Below are positions 42,302-50,772 of a stretch of 64,000 nt of DNA, piece after piece. Under the pieces are notes generated by a model that was not told where the DNA came from, made no database searches, and saw only the letters and a list, made by a program, of their open reading frames with translations. Within the stretch, counting starts at the first letter, position 1. Each line of letters starts with the position of its first letter. Source of the DNA: Promethearchaeota archaeon (GTDB taxonomy: Archaea > Asgardarchaeota > Lokiarchaeia > Sigyniarchaeales > SOKP01); the NCBI GenBank assembly GCA_048937405.1, contig JBHLNF010000006.1:160001-224000 (forward strand), given 5' to 3'. A program made the position numbers and the translations under genes.

Positions 42302-43414
42302 TTATCTTAGATCCTTCATAAATTCTTTTCTACGTTCTATTTTTAATTCTGAAAACTTGGAGATTAAATTTTTCATAGTTTGTTTTGTATTTTTATCAAG
42401 TTTTAAATTCATAATAATATTTTTATCTAATGCATTTTGGAATAACTCAATACCTTTTTCGGTTCGAGGAATTACAGTAGTATATTTATCTGGCGATCCA
42501 AGTCCTCCAAAGGAAATATCCGAATAAATATTAGTAAAATCAATACAAGATTTACATGCGGGACGGATATAATTAATTAATTTATTAAAAGGAATATGGA
42601 TAATATTTTCTTTTGAGTTCCTACCTTCAATCTTTAGAATTAAATCTTCTTTAATATTAATTTTTTTTATATCTTCAAATTTTATTTTAAACTCTTTTTC
42701 AAATTTCTCAATTTGAGATTTTTCAAACAAAAAATTATGATAACAGAATAAACCTAAACAAATTTCAATATGTTCTGAAGGGGTAACACCCAAATTTTCC
42801 ATACATCTAATAGTATAAATTTGGCAAGGTGTCCCCACAATTGCTAGCTTTTTAAATTTATAATGACTTAATTGAGGAATTGAACGTGTATATGTACTAA
42901 ATCTTTGTACTTCATCAACTTGTGGAGATATATTTAATATAATTCCTGATGATTTAATTAGATCTTCTTTAGTCTCAGCAAACATTGCTTTTCGTGAAAA
43001 TGGGCCCTCTGCTTTAGACACAATTGCCCCATCAATTATTCTTTTTTCTAATAAGTAATTTAAAAGGGTATTAACTACTCCTCCATCTGTCCCATACTTT
43101 AGAAACTCCTCATCTTTAGTTTGACAAGAATAGATATCTTCAGCAAATCCATATGGCATTGATGAAAAATCAGTGAAATGGTAAGTCTTATTGAGTTCAT
43201 CATCTAAAATATGTGTTTGAGGGCATAAATAATAGCATATACCACACTCGAGGCATGCATCCTTATTTATATACTCTGGAGGAGAATTAGGGTTTTTAAA
43301 ACCTATTACATTTTCAAATGCAGCTGAACAGAAAGAAGTGCATCCTCCACATTCTTGACAGATTCCTTTTTCATGAACTTCTTTAATTAAATCTTGAAAG
43401 GTTTTTATGCTCAT
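42302..43414 (-). CDS. FrhB/FdhB family F420-interacting subunit
   Basis: Two ferredoxin motifs, TDGG, VGTPCQ, LGLFC, CxxCxD and DISFG. Confidence 0.88.
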   Translation of the reverse strand: MSIKTFQDLIKEVHEKGICQECGGCTSFCSAAFENVIGFKNPNSPPEYINKDACLECGICYYLCPQTHILDDELNKTYHFTDFSSMPYGFAEDIYSCQTKDEEFLKYGTDGGVVNTLLNYLLEKRIIDGAIVSKAEGPFSRKAMFAETKEDLIKSSGIILNISPQVDEVQRFSTYTRSIPQLSHYKFKKLAIVGTPCQIYTIRCMENLGVTPSEHIEICLGLFCYHNFLFEKSQIEKFEKEFKIKFEDIKKINIKEDLILKIEGRNSKENIIHIPFNKLINYIRPACKSCIDFTNIYSDISFGGLGSPDKYTTVIPRTEKGIELFQNALDKNIIMNLKLDKNTKQTMKNLISKFSELKIERRKEFMKDLR

Positions 43415-43429
43415 ATTAATAATTTTTTA

Positions 43430-44926
43430 TTACTTCTTTTCCAATTTGATGGATTTACAATTTTTTCTCTTGATACCAGCAATCCTTTCTAATAAGGGTT
43501 GTCCTGGTTTAACATCCTTTAAACTTTTGGATTCTATTAATCCTGCTTTTATTGCTTCTTTATAGATTTTCTCACCTTTTTTATTTCTTGTAATCACTGT
43601 AGACCAGCCACTGGGGGACCCAATTGATCCTACAGAGATATCGGCATAATCAGCAGTCAAATCTTCGCAATAATGACAGTTGTGGCGTGTATAAGATTTA
43701 ACATCATTCAAGGGTACCTTTAAATCTTCACCTGAATCTAAGTAAATAATGAATTTACCACCACTTATGTCCATTTTTGTAACTTTTTTAAAATCTGTTT
43801 TAAATTGTTCGCTAATTAAGGTAAGGACACCTTCATAAGGAAAGGACTCCATACAAAAAAGCCCTATTCTATATTTTATATTTTTGAAAAAACTCTGTCC
43901 ACCTGGAAACCAAGTACCTTTTTCTAAGGCATTCATCATACATGGAACACCAACAACAGCAATATTTTCATAATTTTTTGTTTTATCTATGATTCTTAAT
44001 GTTGAGGCATTAGCATATTTAGTTCCACTTGTCTTATAGAGATCTTTAATATCATCTATAATTACTGGTTCTGGTTTCCATAAATCCTCTGAATGTTTTA
44101 CAGCTACAACCGCATCAACTAGTTTTTTTGTGAGTAGATATTCTGATAAAGAAGTTACTATCCCTCCATCTTGTCGTACACTTTTAATTTCATCTTTAGT
44201 GGTCGAAGCAGAATATGTATTGATATAACCATTTATTTTTTCTGAAAATTTTAAAGATTTATTAAGTTTATTTATAGTCTTGCCTGCTTGCTCAATTGAA
44301 AATGATCTTGGACAAACAGAATAACATAAACCGCATTTCATACAAGTTTCATCATCAATCTCTAAAATATCTGCTGTTACAGTAATTGCATTAACTGGAC
44401 AAATTGAGGAACACCAACCACATTGACAGCACACTTTAGAATCAAACACTATAGATACGGGCTCAAAAAAATGCTCAATGAAATCATTAGGTAAATCTTT
44501 AACTTGATATCTATAGAAATATTCTTTTTCCTCAACTTCTTTCTCTTCTCCCTTAACTTTTTTAATTATTGTTTTAGTTTGGATCTCAACAATTTCTTCA
44601 ATATAGCCTTGTTCTTTAAGGTAAAAAATATCGCGAATTATATTTTCAGGTGGAAAATCTTTTACTCTTTTAACAATTTCTTCTAAAAATAACGGTTCCT
44701 CACCTTTTAGTCTTTCATATAATAATTTGCGCTCTGTTTCAGCATCAATCATAGAATCTAATGTTTCATAAAATTGCTCTTCGGAATATTTTCCAGCTTT
44801 TAGAATTTCATCTTTTGCTTCAAAAAATGCTCTAATTTGAAAGTTCTCAACTGCTTTATAGGTAGCATCCATTAGATTTCTTGGTGATATTCCATTAAAA
44901 TTGTTGCTTTTTGAAATTTGAACCAT
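43430..44926 (-). CDS. FrhB/FdhB family protein with N-terminal winged-helix-like extension (start moved to ATG 44926)
   Basis: QDGG, VGVPC, IGLFCME, CHYCED and ADISVGS motifs. The TTG start at 45010 lies inside the SECIS-like hairpin, so the in-frame ATG at 44926 is preferred. Confidence 0.85.
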   Translation of the reverse strand: MVQISKSNNFNGISPRNLMDATYKAVENFQIRAFFEAKDEILKAGKYSEEQFYETLDSMIDAETERKLLYERLKGEEPLFLEEIVKRVKDFPPENIIRDIFYLKEQGYIEEIVEIQTKTIIKKVKGEEKEVEEKEYFYRYQVKDLPNDFIEHFFEPVSIVFDSKVCCQCGWCSSICPVNAITVTADILEIDDETCMKCGLCYSVCPRSFSIEQAGKTINKLNKSLKFSEKINGYINTYSASTTKDEIKSVRQDGGIVTSLSEYLLTKKLVDAVVAVKHSEDLWKPEPVIIDDIKDLYKTSGTKYANASTLRIIDKTKNYENIAVVGVPCMMNALEKGTWFPGGQSFFKNIKYRIGLFCMESFPYEGVLTLISEQFKTDFKKVTKMDISGGKFIIYLDSGEDLKVPLNDVKSYTRHNCHYCEDLTADYADISVGSIGSPSGWSTVITRNKKGEKIYKEAIKAGLIESKSLKDVKPGQPLLERIAGIKRKNCKSIKLEKK

Positions 44927-44987
44927 TTTTCTATCCTTTTGGATTAGATTTTCTAAAAATTTTACTTTTTGATTAAATACTATTTTA

Positions 44988-45058
44988 ATACCCCTTCCCT
45001 TGCAAGGCAAGTCCTCTTATAACTACAATTTTTTTATAAGAATCATTCTGCAGGGGTA
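44988..45058 (-). promoter_or_regulatory. Eukaryote-like SECIS element overlapping the mvhD stop codon
   Basis: Minus strand: UACCCCU-GCAG-AAUGAU-UCUUAUAA-AAAAAUUGUAG-UUAUAAGA-GGAC-UUGC...AGGGGUA. AUGA/GA core, 8-bp upper stem, A-rich apical loop; directly 3' of two genes with in-frame UGAs. Confidence 0.8.
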
Positions 45059-45504
45059 GTTATAACTTGTTTTGTTTCAATTTCTGGTAATTGATCCTGC
45101 AAATTAAGTAGATTTGGTCCGGCTTTTTCAACCTTCCTCAAAGCATCTTCTACACTTTTTACAAATTTCTCCGATTCTGCTGCACTTAACCAATACATAT
45201 TTATTCTTTGACTACCAAAACCTCTAGATTCTAAGATTCGGTTTGCTAAATCTACATGTTTTTGGGCTGTGAAATTTCCAATTTTGAACTGACACTCATT
45301 AGGACGTCATCCAACAACCATGACACCATCAGCTCCAGCACGAATACTATAGAGAATATGCTTAACATCGACCCTGCCAGTACATCTTACTTTAATGATT
45401 TTTACAGCTGGTGTATACTTCATTCGGGAGACGCCAGCTAAATCAGCTGCACTATAGCCTCACTTTAAACAAGCAAAAACAATTAAGTTATAATTATATA
45501 CCAT
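45043..45504 (-). CDS. mvhD: Selenocysteine-containing MvhD/VhuD (153 aa, Sec15 and Sec66); missed by ORF track
   Basis: MVYNYNLIVFACLK-U-GYSAADLAGVSRMKY...RCTGRVD...VVG-U-RPNECQF...WLSAAE. TGA at 45460-62 and 45307-09 align to Cys in the two Cys paralogues in this window. Confidence 0.92.
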
Positions 45505-45510
45505 ATTTGT

Positions 45511-47488
45511 TTAACCACCTCCTAAGATCCCATCAATTTCAGCAAATAATTGATGATCTCGATAATATCTGATATCAATAGCCTGTGTAGGACAACATGT
45601 AGCACAAATACCACATCCATCACAATTTATCTCATCAATAAAAGCACCAATATCCTTCTTGATTCTAATTGCACTTTTGGGACATTCTTTTTCACAACGT
45701 CGGCATGAAATACAAAATTCACTATCCACCTCAGCAGTAATTAGTTCCATATCAATTTTTCCTGGTACTGTTAGCTCGGCTACCTTACTCGCTGCTGCTC
45801 TGGCTTGAGAAACTGAATAAGCAATATTTTTAGGTCCTTGAGCAAAACCAGCTATAAAAATACCTTTTGATTTCGTTTCTTGGGGCATGAGTCCAAAATG
45901 TAATTCCGTAAGAAAACCATACATATTAGTATCCAGATTTAAAACGTTTACAATCTGTTGAGTACCTTTTGATGGAAGTGCCGCTGTAGATAATACGACT
46001 AAATCCGCATCAATTTTAACTATTTTATCTGTTAGAGTCGAGTATACACGAACATTCACGTTTTTTGTTTCAGGATCTTCAGAAATTTCACCTACTTTTC
46101 CCCGAATCATTCTAATACCAGCATCCTTAGCTCTTTCATAATACTCTTCAAATCCTTTCTCAGGAGTTCTTATATCAATATAGCAAATCGTAATCTTCGC
46201 GTCGGGAAATTCTTCAAGGAGTAATCGCCCATTTTTTAGTGCAAGCATACAACAAACACCACTGCAATAAGTCCGTTCTGTTTCTCGACTACCTACGCAT
46301 TGAATAAATACAATCTCTTTAGGTTTTTTATTATCAGAGATTCTGTGCACATGTCCTTCAAGTGGTCCATTTGGGGCTAATATACGTTCTAATTGGGCTT
46401 GCGTTATAACATTTTCAATTTCCCCATATCCATATTCACCAAATGGTTCATGAATATCCCACCCCGTTGCAATTATAATTGTCCCAACTTCAATCTTAAC
46501 TTCATTTGGTTCTTGGCTGAAATCAATAGCATCTAATTCACAGGCATCCACACATGAGAAACATTCTATGCAAGCATTTCTATCAATATCATACAAAAAT
46601 GGCACCGCTTGACCAAATGGTATATCAATTGCTTTTCGTGCGCCTAGATTTTCATCAAAATAATTTGTAGTATAAACAGGACATACTTCACTGCAGGCTC
46701 CACACCCATTACAATCTTCTGTTGTATAACGTGGTTTTTTCTCAACAATCACAGTATAATTACCTACGTAACCTTCAACTTTCTTTACTTCACTAAAACT
46801 TAATATTTCAATATTCTCATTGCGGTTGACTTCTAACATTTTAGGACCACAAATTCATATAGCACAATCATCTGTAGGAAATGTTCTATCCAATTGAGCC
46901 ATTCTTCCTCCAATCGTTGTTTTTTGTTCTACTAAATAAACTTTGATACCTTGATTTGCTAGATCAAGAGCTGCATTCATTCCACCAATCCCACCCCCTA
47001 CTACTAATGTCGCTTTAGTTACTGGGACAGTTTTAATAGGAACTGGTTCTAATCGTTTTGCTCTTTCAATACCACTTTTTACTAAGATTTTTGCTTTTTC
47101 TGTAGCTTCTTCTTTAGTATCCGTGCACCAATTTTGTGTCATTATGCTTTTGAGCATTAAAGACTCTACAATGTTCACGGACATTCACCATTTGAAAGTA
47201 ATAAGGATTTAAATCAGTTTTAGCAATTGTCCCTCTATAAATCACTTCATGCGTTCGTGGAGTTCAAGCTGAAGCTACAATTCTATTCAAATTCTTTTCC
47301 TTGATATCTTCGATAATTTCATTTTGAGCATTATCAGTTCAAAGAAATGAGTTTTTCTTTGATAATATAATTTCCTCTCCAAGATTCTTCACATACTCGG
47401 TTAATTCATCACAATCTACTTTTGTTCGAATATTTACACCTCATTGACAAGCATAGTATCCAATCCGATGATTTTCGTTATTACTCAT
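45511..47488 (-). CDS. hdrA: Selenocysteine-containing HdrA (647 aa after removal of 34-nt intron; Sec16, 50, 75, 200); join of 47488-47166 and 47131-45511
   Basis: ATG 47488; ACQ-U-GVNI (47441-43), SFL-U-TD (47339-41), ASA-U-TPRTHE (47264-66), NVREHC[S]W and DCAI-U-ICGPKM (46855-57). Each TGA aligns to a conserved Cys in the other HdrAs in this window. Confidence 0.9.
47132..47165 (-). other. 34-nt bulge-helix-bulge (tRNA-type) intron in hdrA
   Basis: UUGU/ACAA 4-bp helix flanked by 3-nt bulges AGA and AAU; removal gives TGT AG|T TGG (Cys-Ser-Trp) and restores the frame. Confidence 0.85.
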
Positions 47489-48012
47489 CTATTTTTACAC
47501 ATCCACCTCTAGCTTTTACATAATTGTATAATTATTAATTTCTTAGATTTTTATTGAATGATTTTTATTGTCCAATATTGATCTTATTGTAACGATCGAT
47601 ATTAAATATTTTTTTTAATAGTATTTACATTTTCAATACTTTTAATACTTACTGTTTATCGATATAAACAATTATTTGTAAAGCAATCACAACATCACAA
47701 CATTTTTGGCCAGATTGAAGATTTTTGACTAATTATTTTTGGAAACAGTCATATAAAGAGGAAATTATGATCGAAATAAATAATTTTATTATATAAATCT
47801 TTATATTGATAAAAAATTAGAAAAAAAGTATATCTCATCATAAAATATTTTTCAGTAATCTATCATAATCGGCTATTCTTATTAGTTTAATTAGGTTACT
47901 TCTAGCATTATGTTTAATTTGGGAAATGTTTTTATAATTAGTGATCTATTTTGATAATTAATCATATTTTTTAATAACTTTTTAAATAAAACCTAATTCA
48001 AAGACACAGTAA

Positions 48013-49608
48013 ATGTTGAAGACGAAGATTCATCCTCGTGAAATTTACAAGAAAAGTAAGGAATTTGGAATTGAAAACTCAGCGAAGATGCTAACTGAGA
48101 TAATAGACGAAGAGAAAGATAACACAAAGAGGAAAGATGCAATTAAATATTTGGGGTTGATAACAATTAATTCAGAGATATTAAAAGATGAATGCTTTGA
48201 AATATTTGAAAATTTGATAATTTCTGATGATACCATTGAAATTAAATGTGAAGCTGCTAAAGCTTTAGGTAGAATAAAGCATCAGAGAGCATTAAAACCC
48301 TTAAAATGGATATTAGAGAAAGAATCTGTAAATTACAAAGTGAAATTATCTGCTTTAAAGGCGATAAGAAAGACGAATTTCAATGATCCAGAAATAAAGT
48401 TATTTATTGATGAATTAGATAGTAAATATAATTCCATTAAAGAATATGTTTCTATTGAATTATTAAGTTTAGAACCTAAAAAGCTAATAAGTCTTTTATT
48501 AGAAGCGTTAAAAGAAAAAAGATACTCAAAGTCTCATAAAGCGGAATTAATAAGACTTATTGGATATGAACTCTCAAGGCTCATTGTTTCTTTTGAAAAC
48601 ATTAATTCTATTAAATCAAAATATTCAGAAATTTTATCTAATTTAATTTATAATAAGAATGAGTTATTAAATACCGCAGCACATATATTGAAAGAGGAAG
48701 ATTCAGCCTTAATGGATGCTATTATCACTATTTTTACTATATTAAAAAGTGAGACTGAAAATGACATTATAAAGCTATTATTAATTGATGATTTTATTGT
48801 TAGAAAAAATGCAAGTGTGTTATGCGGGAAATTAAAACTTAAAAATGCTGTAGATTTACTGATTTCTAATTTAGACAATATTTACAATGAGGTAAGTATA
48901 GCAGCCATTGAAGCTTTAGCGGAGATTGGAGACCTATCTGCTGTTCCTGAACTTTTAGACATTTTAGACATTGAGGATGTGAGTTTTGAATACACAGATT
49001 TAGACATGAAATTATATATTGTAGATGCTATAAAAAGAATTTATCAGTATAATCCTAATGTTTCTTATGATTTTTTAAATAATTCTTTAGAGAGAGATAA
49101 TAATGAAATTAAAGAAAGTGTAGCATTTATATTAGGCGAATTGGGTAAAGATGAGTTTGTAAAACCTTTAAGTAATTTACTCGATTTAAGAAATTTGGAA
49201 GTGAGAAAGAGTGCAATTATTGCTTTGGGAAAAATTGGCAGTATTGAACCATTAGAAGATTTAATAAGGATCCTAAAGGATAGCACTACTTATTGGCTTA
49301 TTAAGAAAGTCACGAGTGATGCAATCTATAATATATTTCAAAATAATTGGTATAGAGTTAAAGATACCAAACAAGATATATCAAGAATATTAAATAAAAA
49401 CCTGACAATTCTAGCGGATTATTTAAAAAGTCAAGAATCTGAGAATTATAAGATAAAACTTAGTTTAATCAAATTATTAGAAAATTTCGGAGGACAAAAC
49501 GTGCTAAATGCATTAATAAAAAGAGTAAATGATTTTCACAGAGTTGTGCGAATCTATGCTTCAAACGCCATTAAAAAAATTGAGGAAAGGCTAGAATTAG
49601 AAAATTAA
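48013..49608 (+). CDS. HEAT/PBS-lyase repeat protein
   Basis: Repeated 'V...AA.ALG.IG...A...L' units. Confidence 0.85.
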   Translation: MLKTKIHPREIYKKSKEFGIENSAKMLTEIIDEEKDNTKRKDAIKYLGLITINSEILKDECFEIFENLIISDDTIEIKCEAAKALGRIKHQRALKPLKWILEKESVNYKVKLSALKAIRKTNFNDPEIKLFIDELDSKYNSIKEYVSIELLSLEPKKLISLLLEALKEKRYSKSHKAELIRLIGYELSRLIVSFENINSIKSKYSEILSNLIYNKNELLNTAAHILKEEDSALMDAIITIFTILKSETENDIIKLLLIDDFIVRKNASVLCGKLKLKNAVDLLISNLDNIYNEVSIAAIEALAEIGDLSAVPELLDILDIEDVSFEYTDLDMKLYIVDAIKRIYQYNPNVSYDFLNNSLERDNNEIKESVAFILGELGKDEFVKPLSNLLDLRNLEVRKSAIIALGKIGSIEPLEDLIRILKDSTTYWLIKKVTSDAIYNIFQNNWYRVKDTKQDISRILNKNLTILADYLKSQESENYKIKLSLIKLLENFGGQNVLNALIKRVNDFHRVVRIYASNAIKKIEERLELEN

Positions 49609-49824
49609 AACCATTTTTAAAGCCTTTTCTCCCTTTTTTTTACTTAAATTTCAAAAGGAGTTTGATTTTATTCTTCATTAATTAATCCTCTAAATAAATA
49701 TAAAATTTCAGTATTTCATAAATATAAAACGTTTAAATAGAATTATTGATAAATTAACTTAATTTATCAAAAAGGTATAAAAGAAAGTTAAATATTTAAA
49801 AAATAATCCTAAGGTGATTAAACT

Positions 49825-50466
49825 ATAACAAAATTTAGTAAAAAAATATCTATTTTTTCTATAATTTTGATTTGCATAGTTTTATTTATTTATTTTTATC
49901 CATTAAATGCAGCAGGTGATTATCTAGTGCAGGTTGGAGATGAATGGACGTATGGGATAAAAAGAAGTGGTATTTATAAAGGCTCTGAAGGAATAAACAT
50001 AACTTCCATTTCCGATCCTTCAGATTACCCCCGTGGAACTTTCTATGAAAACGGTACAGCAGTATCTTTCAATCAAATAATAGATGAAGAGTATCTTTTA
50101 AATAAGACACTCTTAGAAGGGTTGGAAACAAATTTTACTACTAAAATGCGTAGTTATGCTGGTGTATCCTGCGAATGTATTTATATTCCCATAGAAGGAA
50201 TAGGATATATGTATGTAGATACTGCAACAGGTATAGTAGTGGAAACTTATGGTGTTTATCAACTTTTTTTCATTGAGGGAGAAATTAGAGTACATACTTG
50301 GGTTATCTCTTGGTCAGTTTCACAAATTCCAGAAAATCCTGAAGAACCTTCTACAGGTGGTGGTGGTAATGATATTCCCGGATATGATATTATACTCATT
50401 ATCGGAATAATAACTTTTATTTCAACTATATCGGTATTAGGATTTAAAAAAAGGATAAAAATTTAA
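49825..50466 (+). CDS. Secreted/surface protein with IPGY-TM-basic C-terminal sorting tail (probable ATA start at 49825)
   Basis: AAGGTGA SD-like at 49811-17; the frame from ATA gives a basic n-region plus hydrophobic signal; C-terminus IPGYDIILIIG...FKKRIKI. Confidence 0.7.
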   Translation: MTKFSKKISIFSIILICIVLFIYFYPLNAAGDYLVQVGDEWTYGIKRSGIYKGSEGINITSISDPSDYPRGTFYENGTAVSFNQIIDEEYLLNKTLLEGLETNFTTKMRSYAGVSCECIYIPIEGIGYMYVDTATGIVVETYGVYQLFFIEGEIRVHTWVISWSVSQIPENPEEPSTGGGGNDIPGYDIILIIGIITFISTISVLGFKKRIKI

Positions 50467-50638
50467 AAAAATAATAACGTTCTAACAGTTCAAAATTAAA
50501 TTAGAATTATTGGGAAATTTTTTACTCCCTCCTTTCTTTTTGACTAAAAGTTCAAAAAAAATATAGAAATCACTAATTATAATAATGAAGATCCGTGATA
50601 TATTCATTCCAACTATATTTAATAACAAAAGCTTAATT

Positions 50639-50719
50639 AATTCTCATAGGATTATGCGAATATATGCCTCAAATGCTATTAAAAAAATTGAGGAGAGGCT
50701 TGAAACAGAAAAATATTAG
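50639..50719 (+). pseudogene. Remnant duplicate of the HEAT gene 3' end
   Basis: NSHRIMRIYASNAIKKIEERLETEKY* versus DFHRVVRIYASNAIKKIEERLELEN* at 49531-49608. Confidence 0.8.
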
Positions 50720-50772
50720 AGTTTTTTCATTTATGAAAAATTTAAAATATTAGAATATCATTACGTTCTAAT

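Noticed and set aside
44927-45010. TTG-initiated N-terminal extension of the FrhB-like gene
   Set aside because: It overlaps the SECIS-like hairpin; ATG 44926 is more plausible.
45256-45441. 61-aa + strand ORF
   Set aside because: Antisense shadow of the Sec-mvhD gene.
47132-47165. The insert as an in-CDS SECIS or a ribosomal frameshift signal
   Set aside because: It lacks the AUGA-stem-GA order, a frameshift would leave about 11 extra residues inside the conserved CSW motif, and BHB cleavage predicts the junction to the nucleotide.
46855-47184. ORF-track 109-aa ORF and 442-aa ORF (45511-46839) as separate genes or a pseudogene
   Set aside because: They are pieces of one Sec-HdrA. The stops are TGA at conserved Cys positions, and the frame break is explained exactly by the BHB intron.
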